The notes: generated by a model from the sequence alone, not told the origin. Shown: positions 39,346-51,405, numbered from the stretch's first letter. The stretch: DNA of 64,000 bases from an uncultured Enterovibrio sp. (GCA_947041315.1 CAMRDW010000001.1:840-64839), one strand, 5' to 3'. Numbers and translations are program-made.

Positions 39346-40317
39346 ATGAAAAATTCAGAAAAAAAAGTGGGTGTGTTGTTGGTGAATTTGGGTACGCCTA
39401 AAGCGACAACTGCAAAGGCCGTTAAATTGTTTTTAAGTGAATTCTTACAAGACAAGCGTGTGGTTGACAAGAACCCTTTCCTTTGGTATCCGCTGTTGCA
39501 TGGGGTGATCCTTCCTTTTCGTGCCTCTAAAATTGCCCGTCTTTATAAAAACATTTGGATGGTTCAAGGTTCGCCTTTGCTGGTGTACTCTATTCGCCAA
39601 AAATTAGAATTAGAGCGCGCGACAGGTTTGCCTGTTGAAATAGGGATGACGTATGGTCACCCAAGCATGTCGGGGGCGGTGAAATCTTTATTAGCGCAAG
39701 GTGTGAATAAAATAGTGGTGCTCCCTTTGTACCCTCAATATTCTCAAACGACGACCGCAGCGGCTTTTGATAAATTTGCATTGACATTAAAAGAACACCC
39801 CGTAATACCTGAATTTCACTTTGTTCATCATTATTATGATAATGACGATTACATCGAAGCCTTGGCGATATCCATCGAAGCCCATTGGAAGAAAAAAGGC
39901 AAACCGGACATGTTGCTTTGTTCTTATCATGGGATCCCTGTGCGTTATTCCAATAATGGCGATCTTTATTTAACCCACTGCACAGAGACGACAGCAAAAT
40001 TGCGTCAACGTTTAAGAAAAGATGTGCCAATTCGGATGACGTTTCAATCACGTTTTGGCCCAGAACCTTGGCTGGAACCTTATACGGACAAAACCATCAC
40101 TTCCTTGCCAAAAGAAGGCATAAAACACCTTGATGTTATTACGCCGGGTTTCTCTGTCGATTGCCTTGAAACGGTAGAAGAAATTTCTGTTCTTTGTCGC
40201 TCCCTCTTTCTTAAGGCGGGTGGAGACATTTTTGAATACATTCCTTGTTTAAATGATGCCCCTCAACACATTGAGATGATGCGTAAACTTGTTGAAACAT
40301 ATCTAAAAAATGTTTAA
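39346..40317 (+). CDS. hemH: Ferrochelatase
   Basis: LLVNLGTP, LPLYPQYS, SYHGIP, FQSRFG..PWLEP, DCLETVEE. Confidence 0.96.
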   Translation: MKNSEKKVGVLLVNLGTPKATTAKAVKLFLSEFLQDKRVVDKNPFLWYPLLHGVILPFRASKIARLYKNIWMVQGSPLLVYSIRQKLELERATGLPVEIGMTYGHPSMSGAVKSLLAQGVNKIVVLPLYPQYSQTTTAAAFDKFALTLKEHPVIPEFHFVHHYYDNDDYIEALAISIEAHWKKKGKPDMLLCSYHGIPVRYSNNGDLYLTHCTETTAKLRQRLRKDVPIRMTFQSRFGPEPWLEPYTDKTITSLPKEGIKHLDVITPGFSVDCLETVEEISVLCRSLFLKAGGDIFEYIPCLNDAPQHIEMMRKLVETYLKNV

Positions 40318-40438
40318 TGCCGTTTCTTTTTCGATGAAAAGGCATTTTTCATTTTTTGGAATGTTTTATTTGGGATATTGATCTTGTTATTTCTGTGATA
40401 AAATTCTGTTTTTCGTATTGCCTCAAAGTAATCAAAAA

Positions 40439-41743
40439 ATGAAATTTCCAGGCCAACGCAAATCCAAACATTATTTTCCCGTGCAGGCACGTGAGCCACT
40501 TCTTGTTCAGTCTACAAAGAAACCAAAATTAAAGCATCCTTACGTGATCGGTATTGATCAAACATTGGTTGATATAGAAGCGAATGTCAGCGAAGCATTT
40601 GTGGAAAAATATGGCCTCAGCAAAGGACATTCTTTGGTCATTGACGACAAATGCGCAGAAGCTTTGTATGAAGAGCTTCAAGAAAAAAAAATGATCAAGC
40701 ATGAATTTGCTGGGGGAACCATCGGGAATACTTTGCACAATTATTCTACTTTGGCAGACGACCGTTCTATTTTATTGGGGGTGATGAGCCGTGCTATCCG
40801 TATTGGAAGTTATGCGTATCGGTATTTATGTAACACCTCGAGTCGAATGGATTTAAATTATCTTCAATCGGTTTCTGGCCCTATTGGGCGTTGTTATACC
40901 CTTATCAGTGACGACGGTGAACGCACTTTTGCGATAAGCGAAGGGCAAATGAACCAGCTTCATCCCAGTTCGGTTCCTGAGCATATTTTTGAAAATGCTT
41001 CTGCTTTGGTATTAACGGCCTATCTTGTTCGTTGTAATGAAGGTGATCCTATGCCTGAATCGACGATGATGGCGATTCAATATGCCAAAAAATACAATGT
41101 TCCGATTGTGATGACGCTTGGCACAAAATCGGTGATCCTTCAAAATCCACAATGGTGGCGTGACTTTTTAAAAGAGCATGTGACGCTTTTGGCCATGAAT
41201 GAAGACGAAGCTGAAGCGCTCACGGGGGAGTCTGATCCGCTTCTTGCGGCGGATAAATCCCTCGAATGGGTTGATCTTGTTTTGTGTACGGCAGGACCGA
41301 TTGGATTATATATGGCGGGGTTTACTGAAAACAATGCCAAACGAAAAACGACCTTGCCTCTTTTGTCCAGCACCATTGTTGACTTTAATCAGTATGAATT
41401 CAGTCGGCCCATGAAAAAAGACGCTTGTGAAGATCCCGTAAAAGTGTATTCACACATTGCACCTTATATGGGTGGACCGGAGCGCATAAAGAACACGAAT
41501 GGGGCGGGGGATGGTGCTTTATCTGCCGTTTTGCATGATATGTCGGCCAACCGCTATCATAAAGAAAATGTTCCTAATTCAACGAAACACACCCATACAT
41601 TTTTGACATACAGTTCATTTTCTCAAGTTTGTAAATATGCAAATCGAGTCAGTTATGAAGTACTCGCTCAGCATTCACCTCGTTTATCGCGCGGTTTACC
41701 CGAAAAAGAAGAAAGCTTGAAAGAAGCGTATTGGGAACGTTAA
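40439..41743 (+). CDS. gsk: Inosine/guanosine kinase
   Basis: MKFPGQRKSKHYFPV, GIDQTLVDIEA, NTNGAGDGAL. Confidence 0.95.
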   Translation: MKFPGQRKSKHYFPVQAREPLLVQSTKKPKLKHPYVIGIDQTLVDIEANVSEAFVEKYGLSKGHSLVIDDKCAEALYEELQEKKMIKHEFAGGTIGNTLHNYSTLADDRSILLGVMSRAIRIGSYAYRYLCNTSSRMDLNYLQSVSGPIGRCYTLISDDGERTFAISEGQMNQLHPSSVPEHIFENASALVLTAYLVRCNEGDPMPESTMMAIQYAKKYNVPIVMTLGTKSVILQNPQWWRDFLKEHVTLLAMNEDEAEALTGESDPLLAADKSLEWVDLVLCTAGPIGLYMAGFTENNAKRKTTLPLLSSTIVDFNQYEFSRPMKKDACEDPVKVYSHIAPYMGGPERIKNTNGAGDGALSAVLHDMSANRYHKENVPNSTKHTHTFLTYSSFSQVCKYANRVSYEVLAQHSPRLSRGLPEKEESLKEAYWER

Positions 41744-41867
41744 TTTTGATCGATTGGTTTTGTTGTTGGCTTTTTACTTTAAGCAAGAGCAATTGATTTT
41801 CTGCGATTGTGCGAGATGAAAACGCACAGAGGATCACCCTGAATAAAAAGAATTGAGCACTTTAAAT

Positions 41868-41903
41868 AAAAAATCCGAGTAGGTATGCCTCTCGGATTTT
41901 TTT
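41868..41903. terminator. Bidirectional terminator between gsk and gltA
   Basis: AAAAAATCCGAG...CTCGGATTTTTTT. Confidence 0.75.
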
Positions 41904-41917
41904 ATGTCAAACGCTTC

Positions 41918-42024
41918 TATACCCGTCGCCTTTGAACCTGCTCATTGAGTCCAATTACATCGTCCATCGATGCTCAGGAGCTTCATTCACTTGCCGCTTT
42001 GCAACTTCAAGTGTCTTGGGTATA
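41918..42024 (+). repeat. ERIC-like MITE with ~20-bp internal deletion (107 bp)
   Basis: Intact ends TATACCCGTCGCCTTTGAA and CTTCAAGTGTCTTGGGTATA. Confidence 0.9.
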
Positions 42025-42037
42025 ACCGAAATGTGCT

Positions 42038-43327
42038 TTAAGTTCGTTTTTTCATGGGGGTGAATTCACGTTTTGTATAGCCTGTATAAAGCTGGCGGGG
42101 ACGGCCTATACGATTTTGTGGATCACTGTGCATTTCATTCCAATGGGCTATCCAACCAATGGTTCTCGACATTGCAAAAATGACAGTGAACATTGAAAGG
42201 GGAATACCGATGGCTTTCAAGGTGATCCCTGAATAGAAATCCACATTAGGGTAGAGTTTTTTCTCGATAAAGTAGGGATCAGACAGGGCGATTCTTTCTA
42301 GTTCCATCGCAATATCAAGAAGAGGATCTTCAATTTTGAGTTCGTCTAGCACGTCATGGCAAGCTTTGCGCATGACGGTGGCTCTTGGATCATAGTTTTT
42401 ATAAACGCGATGCCCAAAGCCCATAAGACGGAATGGATCATTTTTGTCTTTGGCTCTTTCTATAAATTCAGGAATATTTTCAACACTTCCAATCTCTTCA
42501 AGCATTTTGAGACAAGCTTCATTTGCACCGCCGTGAGCGGGACCCCATAAAGAGGCAATCCCTGCGGCAATACATGCAAAAGGATTCGCACCGGAGGAGC
42601 CAGCTAAACGAACAGTGGAAGTGGATGCATTTTGTTCATGATCTGCGTGTAAAGTGAAGATTTTATCCATGGTACGGGCGACAATGGGATTGACTTCATA
42701 TTCTTCACATGGCGTTGCGAACATCATGTGTAGAAAATTTTCTGCGTAATCTAGATCATTTCGTGGGTAGATAAAAGGTTGACCTATCGAATATTTGTAA
42801 CACATTGCGGCCAGTGTCGGCATTTTCGATAGAAGGCGAAATGCGGTAATTTCGCGGTGATAATCGTTATTAATGTCGAGAGAATCGTGATAAAAGGCGG
42901 CAAGCGCGCCAACAACACCGACAATGACAGCCATCGGATGTGCATCTCGGCGGAAGCCATGGAAAAAGCTGGAAATTTGCTCGTGAACCATGGTGTGTCG
43001 AGTGACGATGCGACGAAATTCTTTGTATTGTTTTTCTGTGGGGACTTCGCCATAAAGCAAGATATAACACACTTCCAAATAATCTGCATTATTAGCGAGT
43101 TCATCAATGGGAAAACCACGATGCAATAGGATCCCCGCATCACCATCAATGTAGGTGATTTGTGATTCACAGGATGCTGTAGCAACAAAGCCTGGGTCAA
43201 AAGTGAAATAACCGCTCGCACCTAAAGATCGCACATCAATGACCTCCGGACCGATCGTTCCTTTGCTAATCGGAAGTTCAATGGCTTCTTGTCCTTCAAT
43301 CTGTAAGGTGGCTTTTTTAGGGGCCAT
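42038..43327 (-). CDS. gltA: Citrate synthase, type II
   Basis: [36 protein letters not shown]. Confidence 0.98.
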   Translation of the reverse strand: MAPKKATLQIEGQEAIELPISKGTIGPEVIDVRSLGASGYFTFDPGFVATASCESQITYIDGDAGILLHRGFPIDELANNADYLEVCYILLYGEVPTEKQYKEFRRIVTRHTMVHEQISSFFHGFRRDAHPMAVIVGVVGALAAFYHDSLDINNDYHREITAFRLLSKMPTLAAMCYKYSIGQPFIYPRNDLDYAENFLHMMFATPCEEYEVNPIVARTMDKIFTLHADHEQNASTSTVRLAGSSGANPFACIAAGIASLWGPAHGGANEACLKMLEEIGSVENIPEFIERAKDKNDPFRLMGFGHRVYKNYDPRATVMRKACHDVLDELKIEDPLLDIAMELERIALSDPYFIEKKLYPNVDFYSGITLKAIGIPLSMFTVIFAMSRTIGWIAHWNEMHSDPQNRIGRPRQLYTGYTKREFTPMKKRT

Positions 43328-43728
43328 AATTTTTTTCCTCGTGGGTTAAACCGATTGAATGTGTTGTTATTTTTATATTCTTGCTCGCTAAATTAGATAT
43401 TAATTGTCCTAAATGTCAATGTGCCACATTGATTTTTGGTTTATTTAATTATTCATTAAATTCACACGCTATAAGTTAATGCTCTGTTTCGCGATTTGTG
43501 TCAATTTTATTAGTTTGTGTTTAAATCTTGCGATGCATATACTCAGCCTGTTTAATCTGTGTCATTCTGTGTAATCTGCTCATGTTTTTGTTTATTGAGA
43601 TTACTCTCGGCATAGATGAGCTGCAAGTTTATATATACAAATTTAAAAATATCAGTGTTTCGGTCTCTTGTTTCGTGATGTGTGATTCGAAGAGGTATAA
43701 AAACTATTATTGTTCCAAATGGAGCAGA

Positions 43729-44121
43729 GTGGACCAACGCATGGATTTAAAAAAGAAAAGACCCGTAAATCTCGATCTTCAAACCTTTCACTTTCCTATT
43801 CCGGCGCTAGCTTCAATTGCACATCGAATTTCTGGTGTCGCCACTTTTTTTTCAATAACGATTTTGCTCTGGCTACTGAGCCTTTCTCTTGAGTCTGAGG
43901 ATGGTTTTTTGCTCGCCGTGGACATTATGAATCGTTTCTTTGGAAAATTTGTTTTATGGGGAATTTTGACCTTTCTTGCTTATCACATTGTCGGAGGGAT
44001 CCGCCACATGATCATGGATCTCGGTTATTTTGAAGATTTAGAAGCAGGAACAGCCAGCGCAAAAGTGGTCGGTATTATGACCGTCTTATTGTCAGTGTTT
44101 GCGGGGATATTAGTATGGTGA
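43729..44121 (+). CDS. sdhC: Succinate dehydrogenase cytochrome b556 subunit
   Basis: RPVNLDLQT, SIAHRISGV, YHIVGGIRH; GTG start with GGAG RBS. Confidence 0.93.
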   Translation: MDQRMDLKKKRPVNLDLQTFHFPIPALASIAHRISGVATFFSITILLWLLSLSLESEDGFLLAVDIMNRFFGKFVLWGILTFLAYHIVGGIRHMIMDLGYFEDLEAGTASAKVVGIMTVLLSVFAGILVW

Positions 44122-44462
44122 TGCATGTTTCTTCTTTTGGTCGAAATGGGGTTCATGATTTCATTTTGATACGGGCTACAGCGGTTGTGATGGCTCTTTT
44201 TTGTGTTTATATGGTTGGTTTTTTTGCGATAACACCCGAAATAACCTACGGCATTTGGTTGGAATTTTGGGGCCGTGTCTGGAACAAAGTATTTGCTTTA
44301 TTGACCTTGGGCTGTGTGCTTGTTCATGCGTGGATTGGCCTTTGGCAAGTTCTCACTGATTATATTAAGTCCACTTTTCTTCGTGGACTGCTTCAATTCA
44401 GTGTTGTGATCTTGCTTATCGTGTATTTGTTGACTGGTTTTTCTGTATTGTGGGGGGTGTAA
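44115..44462 (+). CDS. sdhD: Succinate dehydrogenase hydrophobic anchor
   Basis: GRNGVHDF, HAWIGLWQVLTDY. Confidence 0.95.
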   Translation: MVMHVSSFGRNGVHDFILIRATAVVMALFCVYMVGFFAITPEITYGIWLEFWGRVWNKVFALLTLGCVLVHAWIGLWQVLTDYIKSTFLRGLLQFSVVILLIVYLLTGFSVLWGV

Positions 44463-46229
44463 GTGAGTATTCCTGTAAGAGAATTTGATGCGATTGTGAT
44501 TGGTGCTGGCGGTGCTGGAATGCGGGCCGCTTTGCAAATATCGGAAGAAGGCTTATCTTGCGCTCTTTTATCCAAAGTCTTTCCTACACGCTCTCATACT
44601 GTTTCAGCACAAGGTGGGATCACTGTTGCTTTAGGTAATTCTCATCCGGATAATTGGGAATGGCACATGTATGATACCGTGAAAGGGTCAGATTACATTG
44701 GCGATCAAAATGCCATTGAGTACATGTGTAAAACGGGACCACAGTCTGTTATTGAATTAGAAAAAATGGGTTTGCCTTTTTCGCGCTTTGAAGATGGGAC
44801 TATTTATCAACGTCCTTTTGGTGGGCAATCTCTTGATTTTGGTGGAGAGCAGGCGGCGCGCACAGCAGCGGCGGCAGACCGTACGGGCCACGCCTTGCTT
44901 CATACGCTCTATCAGCAAAACATTAAACACAAAACCACTATTTTTTCAGAATGGTATGCCTTAGATTTGGTTAAAAACCAAGATGGTGTGGTGATGGGTG
45001 CGACGGCCATGTGCATCGAAACGGGCGAAGTGTGCTATTTCAAAGCCAAAGCGACCGTACTTGCAACCGGTGGCGCGGGACGTATTTATCAGTCCACCAC
45101 CAATGCCTTTATCAACACTGGCGATGGGGTCGGCATGGCACTGCGCGCTGGCGTTCCGATGCAAGACATGGAAATGTGGCAATTTCATCCAACCGGTATT
45201 GCAGGGGCTGGCGTTTTAGTGACCGAAGGTTGTCGTGGTGAAGGCGGCTACCTTCTTAATAAAAACGGTGAGCGTTTCATGGAGCGTTATGCCCCCAATG
45301 CAAAAGATCTCGCTGGTCGTGATGTCGTGGCGCGTTCCATGATGGTTGAGATCAGAGAAGGTCGAGGTTGTGATGGCCCTTGGGGACCCCATTTAAAACT
45401 GAAACTCGATCATTTAGGAAAAGAGGTTTTGGAAGCGCGTCTTCCTGGCATTCTTGAGCTTTCTCGTACCTTTGCTCACATCGACCCTATCAAAGATCCT
45501 ATTCCTGTGATCCCAACCTGTCACTATATGATGGGGGGCATTCCCACTCAAATTTCAGGTCAAGCACTCAAACTGGACGCAAAGGGAAATGATATTGATG
45601 TGCAAGGTTTATTTGCCTGTGGGGAAATTGCGAGTGTCTCTGTTCATGGTGCAAACCGTTTAGGTGGAAATTCATTGCTTGATCTTGTGGTCTTTGGGCG
45701 AGCAACTGGATTGCACTTAGGGGAAACCTTGGCGGCAAGTGCCGATGCAAGAGAGGCCTCTGAGTCTGATATTGACGCTTCATTGGCGCGTTTGAATCGT
45801 TGGAATTCGACCTCTAAAGGAGAAGATCCTGTGCAAATCAGAAAAGATTTGCAATCGTGTATGCAGAATAATTTCTCTGTCTTTCGTGAAGGAGAAGCCA
45901 TGGAGAAAGGTTTGGAAGAACTTAAAGTGATCCGTGAGCGTTTAAATGTCGCTCGGTTAGATGACCGCTCCAGTGAATTCAATACACAAAGAATTGAATG
46001 TTTAGAACTTGATAATTTGATGGAAACGGCTTTTTCGACTGCGGTTGCGGCCAACTACAGAACGGAAAGTCGTGGAGCACATGCCCGTTTTGATTATCAA
46101 GAGCGTGATGATGAAAATTGGTTGTGTCACAGTATTTATGATCCTGAAACACAATCGATGTCCAAACGAGGTGTGAATACCTCACCTGTTTATCGTGACG
46201 CCTTTCCACCCAAAGCGCGTACTTATTAA
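44463..46229 (+). CDS. sdhA: Succinate dehydrogenase flavoprotein
   Basis: [39 protein letters not shown]. Confidence 0.98.
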   Translation: MSIPVREFDAIVIGAGGAGMRAALQISEEGLSCALLSKVFPTRSHTVSAQGGITVALGNSHPDNWEWHMYDTVKGSDYIGDQNAIEYMCKTGPQSVIELEKMGLPFSRFEDGTIYQRPFGGQSLDFGGEQAARTAAAADRTGHALLHTLYQQNIKHKTTIFSEWYALDLVKNQDGVVMGATAMCIETGEVCYFKAKATVLATGGAGRIYQSTTNAFINTGDGVGMALRAGVPMQDMEMWQFHPTGIAGAGVLVTEGCRGEGGYLLNKNGERFMERYAPNAKDLAGRDVVARSMMVEIREGRGCDGPWGPHLKLKLDHLGKEVLEARLPGILELSRTFAHIDPIKDPIPVIPTCHYMMGGIPTQISGQALKLDAKGNDIDVQGLFACGEIASVSVHGANRLGGNSLLDLVVFGRATGLHLGETLAASADAREASESDIDASLARLNRWNSTSKGEDPVQIRKDLQSCMQNNFSVFREGEAMEKGLEELKVIRERLNVARLDDRSSEFNTQRIECLELDNLMETAFSTAVAANYRTESRGAHARFDYQERDDENWLCHSIYDPETQSMSKRGVNTSPVYRDAFPPKARTY

Positions 46230-46243
46230 GGTGACATGAAATC

Positions 46244-46954
46244 ATGAAACTGAATTTTTCTGTTTATCGTTTCAATCCTGATGTTGATGACGTGCCACAC
46301 ATGAAAGGGTACAGTCTTGAACTTCCTGACGGTTCTGACATGATGTTGCTGGACGCACTGATCTTGTTAAAAGAGCAAGATCCAACACTCTCATTTCGTC
46401 GTTCTTGCCGTGAAGGTGTCTGTGGCTCTGATGGCTTGAATATGAACGGTAAAAACGGCCTGGCTTGCATTACTCCACTCTCTACGTTACTTGATCAATC
46501 CAGTATTGTTATTCGGCCTTTGCCGGGATTGCCTGTTATTCGTGACTTGATTGTGGACATGGCACAATTTTATATTAATTACGAACGAGTCAAACCCTAT
46601 CTTATCAATGATGGCGCTCCGACATCAAGAGAAAATATTCAATCTCAGGATGAAAGGGCTCATTTGGATGGGCTTTATGAATGCATCTTGTGCGCTTGTT
46701 GTACAACGTCTTGCCCTTCTTTTTGGTGGAATCCAGATAAATTTATTGGTCCTGCGGGCTTGCTTGGCGCATACCGTTGGTTAATTGACAGCCGCGATAC
46801 CGATACTGAGCAGCGTTTATCTGAACTTGACGATCCATTCAGTGTTTTTCGTTGTCATAGCATAATGAACTGCGTCAGTGTTTGCCCTAAAGGTTTAAAT
46901 CCGACCAAAGCCATTGGACATATTCGTTCGATGTTGCTCAAACGCGCGATTTAA
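46244..46954 (+). CDS. sdhB: Succinate dehydrogenase iron-sulfur subunit
   Basis: RSCREGVCGSD, CILCACC, CHSIMNC..VCP. Confidence 0.98.
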   Translation: MKLNFSVYRFNPDVDDVPHMKGYSLELPDGSDMMLLDALILLKEQDPTLSFRRSCREGVCGSDGLNMNGKNGLACITPLSTLLDQSSIVIRPLPGLPVIRDLIVDMAQFYINYERVKPYLINDGAPTSRENIQSQDERAHLDGLYECILCACCTTSCPSFWWNPDKFIGPAGLLGAYRWLIDSRDTDTEQRLSELDDPFSVFRCHSIMNCVSVCPKGLNPTKAIGHIRSMLLKRAI

Positions 46955-47058
46955 CCTTGGGTTGAAAATACCCAAAAATCGTAAGGTCAGAACTGAAGTG
47001 TAAAGGGGGGTCACTTTTGAGTGGCCACATAATAAAATCAAGTTGTTAAGGGTTAGAA

Positions 47059-49869
47059 ATGCAAAATGGCGTGATGAAGACGTGGTTTGAGTCTTCTCAT
47101 TTGGCTGGCGCCAATGCGAGTTATGTTGAGACGCTTTATGAATTGTACCTCTGCGCGCCAGAGTCTGTTGATCCAGAATGGAAAGCGGTTTTTGATGCAT
47201 TGCCAACGGTAAATGGGCATGTAAAAGAAAAAGATCACTTGAAAATTCGTGATGATTTTCGCCGACTTGCAAATGAGAAGAGACCATTTGGCGGATCCGG
47301 AGTCAACCCAAATTTAGATGCAAAACAAGTAAAAGTATTACAACTGATTAATGCATATCGTTTTCGTGGGCATCAGCAAGCTAATTTGGATCCTTTGGGT
47401 CTTTGGCAAAGAGATTCGGTTCCCGATCTTGAACCCTCATTTCATCATTTGACCGAAGAGGATTTCGAAGAAGAGTTTAATGTCGGCTCTTTTGCTGTTG
47501 GGCAAGAGAAAATGAAATTATCCGATTTGTATGATGCACTCCAAAAAACCTATTGCGGTCATATTGGTTCAGAATACATGCACATCACGGATACCGAAGA
47601 AAAGCGCTGGATACAACAACGTTTAGAATCGGTTGTCGGACATCCTTCTTTTTCTCGCAATGAAAAAATCACGTTATTAGAAGAGCTCACTGCTGCGGAA
47701 GGGCTTGAACGTTATTTAGGTGCGAAATTTCCGGGAGCCAAACGTTTTTCTTTAGAAGGGGCGGATGCCTTGATCCCGATGATGAAAGAGCTTATTCGTC
47801 ACAGTGGAGAAAAAGGTGTACGTGAGGTCGTGATTGGAATGGCCCATCGGGGTCGTTTAAATATGCTTGTGAATGTTTTGGGGAAAAAGCCCTCTGAACT
47901 TTTTGATGAATTTGCGGGCAAGCATGGCGATTCTTGGGGAACCGGAGATGTGAAATACCATCAAGGTTTTTCGAGTGATTTTTCAACCCCTGGAGGCGAT
48001 GTTCATTTGGTGTTGGCGTTTAATCCTTCTCACCTTGAAATCGTGAACCCCGTTGTGATTGGTTCTGTTCGTGCCCGTCAAGACCGTTTAAACGACAAAA
48101 ATGGTGCGATGGTTTTACCTATCACCTTGCATGGAGACAGTGCCATTGCAGGGCAAGGTGTAGTCCAAGAAACCTTCAATATGTCTCAAGCGAGAGGCTA
48201 TTGTGTGGGTGGGACCATACGCATCGTCATCAATAATCAAGTAGGTTTTACAACCTCTAATCCAAAAGATTCACGTTCGACCTTGTATTGCACTGATGTG
48301 GCTAAAATGGTGCAGGCACCGATTTTTCATGTGAACGCCGATGATCCTGAAGCCGTGGCTTTTGTAGCCCGACTTGCACTTGATTATCGTTATGAATTTA
48401 AGCGAGATGTTGTGATTGATCTCGTGTGTTATCGCCGTCATGGGCATAACGAAGCCGATGAACCGAATGCCACACAGCCTCTCATGTATCAAAAGATCAA
48501 AAAACACCCCACCCCCCGAAAACTTTATGCTGACAGATTGGATGACCAAGGTGATGTTGACGCTAAATTGTCTTTAAATTTAATCAATGAATACCGTGAC
48601 GCTTTGGTCGAAGGGGAAAGTGTTGTTAAAGAATTTCGCCCAATGGCGCTGCATTCTGTCGATTGGTCTCCTTATCTGGGACATGATTGGGAAATTTCAT
48701 GGGCCCATAAAGTCAATATGTCTCGACTGGTTGAATTGGCTGAGCGGGTTTCATGGGTGCCTCAAGATCATCAACTCCATGATCGGGTTAGCAAGATTTA
48801 CAGAGATCGCGCCGCGATGGCCAAGGGCGAGAAACCGTTAGATTGGGGAATGGCTGAAACGTTGGCTTATGCCAGCATTGTTGACGAAGGAAAACGGATC
48901 CGTATCACAGGGCAAGACTCGGGACGAGGGACATTTTTTCATCGTCATGCGGTTTTACATAATCAAACGGATGCCAGTGTTTACATTCCTCTCATGCATA
49001 TTCATGAAGAGCAAGGGCCTTTTCAAATCTTTGATTCTGTCTTGTCGGAAGCGGCTGTGGTTGCTTTTGAATACGGCTATGCAACGGCTGAGCCGAATGG
49101 ATTGACCGTGTGGGAAGCGCAGTTTGGGGATTTTGCAAACGGGGCGCAGGTTGTCATCGATCAGTTCATTAGTTCAGGTGAACAAAAATGGGGAAGAATG
49201 TGCGGTTTAACCATGTTGTTGCCGCATGGATATGAAGGACAGGGTCCTGAGCATTCTTCTGCTCGCCTTGAGCGTTATTTACAGCTGTGTGCTGAGCAAA
49301 ATATGCAGGTTTGCATCCCTTCAACACCGGCACAAATTTACCATATATTAAGACGGCAAGTGTTTAGGCCGATGCGCCGCCCTTTGATCATTATGTCTCC
49401 CAAATCGTTATTACGTCATCCATTGTGTATCTCGACATTGGATGATCTTGCAGAGGGGAACTTTCAGCCCGCCATCGGTGAAATCGACGAATTGGATCCA
49501 AAAGCGGTGAAACGTGTTGTCATGTGTTCAGGAAAAGTCTATTACGACTTGCTTGAAACACGCCGTAAATCAGAAATAAAAGACGTGGCACTGGTTCGAA
49601 TAGAACAACTGTATCCGTTCCCGAAAGACAACCTAGAAACGATTATTCGTGAATATGTGAATGCGAAGGATTTTGTGTGGTGTCAAGAAGAGCCTCAAAA
49701 TCAAGGTGCCTGGTACAGCAGTCAGCATAATTTCCGTTCAGTGCTTCCCGCTGATGCGCGCTTAAGTTATGCAGGGCGAGCGGCTTCTGCGTCTTCTTCT
49801 GTAGGCTATATGTCGGTTCATTTGAAGCAACAAAAAGCCTTAATTGATGATGCACTTACTTTAAATTAA
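47059..49869 (+). CDS. sucA: 2-oxoglutarate dehydrogenase E1
   Basis: GMAHRGRLN, HGDSA, RRHGHNEAD, WEAQFGDF, PHGYEGQGPEHSS. Confidence 0.98.
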   Translation: MQNGVMKTWFESSHLAGANASYVETLYELYLCAPESVDPEWKAVFDALPTVNGHVKEKDHLKIRDDFRRLANEKRPFGGSGVNPNLDAKQVKVLQLINAYRFRGHQQANLDPLGLWQRDSVPDLEPSFHHLTEEDFEEEFNVGSFAVGQEKMKLSDLYDALQKTYCGHIGSEYMHITDTEEKRWIQQRLESVVGHPSFSRNEKITLLEELTAAEGLERYLGAKFPGAKRFSLEGADALIPMMKELIRHSGEKGVREVVIGMAHRGRLNMLVNVLGKKPSELFDEFAGKHGDSWGTGDVKYHQGFSSDFSTPGGDVHLVLAFNPSHLEIVNPVVIGSVRARQDRLNDKNGAMVLPITLHGDSAIAGQGVVQETFNMSQARGYCVGGTIRIVINNQVGFTTSNPKDSRSTLYCTDVAKMVQAPIFHVNADDPEAVAFVARLALDYRYEFKRDVVIDLVCYRRHGHNEADEPNATQPLMYQKIKKHPTPRKLYADRLDDQGDVDAKLSLNLINEYRDALVEGESVVKEFRPMALHSVDWSPYLGHDWEISWAHKVNMSRLVELAERVSWVPQDHQLHDRVSKIYRDRAAMAKGEKPLDWGMAETLAYASIVDEGKRIRITGQDSGRGTFFHRHAVLHNQTDASVYIPLMHIHEEQGPFQIFDSVLSEAAVVAFEYGYATAEPNGLTVWEAQFGDFANGAQVVIDQFISSGEQKWGRMCGLTMLLPHGYEGQGPEHSSARLERYLQLCAEQNMQVCIPSTPAQIYHILRRQVFRPMRRPLIIMSPKSLLRHPLCISTLDDLAEGNFQPAIGEIDELDPKAVKRVVMCSGKVYYDLLETRRKSEIKDVALVRIEQLYPFPKDNLETIIREYVNAKDFVWCQEEPQNQGAWYSSQHNFRSVLPADARLSYAGRAASASSSVGYMSVHLKQQKALIDDALTLN

Positions 49870-50010
49870 AACCATTTTTTCAAAATATTGGGTTGCGATA
49901 CGTTGATAAAACGTCTTTTATTTCCATCTCAAAATGCACGATTTTATGGGATGGCGTGATGACTTTCAGCTCGTATTTTGGAGGTATTCATAATGAAGGA
50001 ATTAGAGAGA

Positions 50011-51210
50011 ATGACAGTTGAAATTGTGGTTCCAGATTTGCCGGAGTCTGTTGCTGATGCCACTGTTGCGACTTGGCATAAACAGCCAGGAGATACGGTT
50101 TATCGCGATGAAGTTTTGGTTGATATTGAAACAGATAAAGTTGTATTGGAAGTCCCTTCTCCTGAAGACGGTATTTTAGAATCAATCATTGAATTGGAAG
50201 GTTCGACGGTCTTGTCAAAGCAACTACTTGCAACCTTAAAAGTGGGTATTTCGCCTGAAAAATTAACAAAAGAAACGGTGATTTCAGATGACGCCGCTTC
50301 TGAAGAAAGGCCAGTGCCGGATGAGCATCATGACGCTTTGACTCCAGCTGTGCGCCGACTTCTCTTAGAACACGCGCTCAACCCTGAAGAAATAACCCCC
50401 TCAGGAGTCGGAGGACGTCTTACCCGCGAAGACATTCTGTCTTACCTGAAAATGAAAGACCAAAAGACGGACTCGGTGTTGGAAGAAAAAGCGTCTTTAA
50501 GGGTTCCTTTTCGAGGAGAAAAGCGTGTCCCAATGACGCGTTTACGTAAAAGGGTGGCAGAGCGTCTCCTTGAAGCAAAGAACAGCACAGCCATGTTGAC
50601 GACATTCAATGAAGTGAACATGAAGCCGATTATGACGCTGCGTGAAAAATATCAAACTGCGTTTGAAGCACGCCACGGGATCCGATTGGGTTTTATGTCG
50701 TTTTATGTGAAAGCTGTGGTCGAAGCGTTAAAGCGTTACCCCGAAATCAATGCTTCGATTGATGGTGATGATATTGTTTACCATAACTTTTTTGATGTCA
50801 GTATGGCGATTTCGACGCCGCGTGGCCTTGTCACGCCTGTTTTACGTGATGCTGATACCTTGAGCCTTGCTGAAATAGAAAAAGGAATTAAAGCATTTGC
50901 TGAAAAAGGACGTAATGGGAAATTGACGGTAGACGATCTCACGGGAGGAAACTTTACCATTACTAATGGTGGGGTTTTTGGATCCCTGATGTCGACGCCT
51001 ATTATTAATCCACCTCAGGCGGCTATTTTAGGCATGCATAAAATACAAGAAAGACCCATGGTCGTGGAGGGTCAAATTGGTATTTTGCCCATGATGTACC
51101 TTGCTCTTTCTTATGATCACCGTTTAGTGGATGGGCGTGAGTCTGTGGGTTTTTTGGTGACCATAAAAGAATTTTTAGAAGATCCAACGCGTTTGTTGTT
51201 AGACGTTTAA
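50011..51210 (+). CDS. sucB: Dihydrolipoamide succinyltransferase E2
   Basis: Lipoyl ETDKV, E3-binding [11 protein letters not shown], catalytic DHRLVDG. Confidence 0.97.
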   Translation: MTVEIVVPDLPESVADATVATWHKQPGDTVYRDEVLVDIETDKVVLEVPSPEDGILESIIELEGSTVLSKQLLATLKVGISPEKLTKETVISDDAASEERPVPDEHHDALTPAVRRLLLEHALNPEEITPSGVGGRLTREDILSYLKMKDQKTDSVLEEKASLRVPFRGEKRVPMTRLRKRVAERLLEAKNSTAMLTTFNEVNMKPIMTLREKYQTAFEARHGIRLGFMSFYVKAVVEALKRYPEINASIDGDDIVYHNFFDVSMAISTPRGLVTPVLRDADTLSLAEIEKGIKAFAEKGRNGKLTVDDLTGGNFTITNGGVFGSLMSTPIINPPQAAILGMHKIQERPMVVEGQIGILPMMYLALSYDHRLVDGRESVGFLVTIKEFLEDPTRLLLDV

Positions 51211-51246
51211 TCTATTTTTGTCGCTTTGTTTCTTAAGTAACAGGTT

Positions 51247-51326
51247 TATACCCAAAAGCCTTGAAGGGGGGCATGCGGCAAGCGTGTTCAGCCAAAGGTC
51301 CGGCACCTTCAAAGGTGACGGGTATA
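51247..51326 (-). repeat. Short (80-bp) internally deleted ERIC-like MITE inside the suc operon
   Basis: TATACCCAAAAGCCTTGAAG...CTTCAAAGGTGACGGGTATA, followed by a TATACCCGG stub. Confidence 0.85.
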
Positions 51327-51405
51327 CCCGGTTATCTTTTTAGTTTATGGGGAGAAATGCTCTCCCTTTTTTATGAACAACGCATTTTTTCACGGATAAA
51401 ACATC

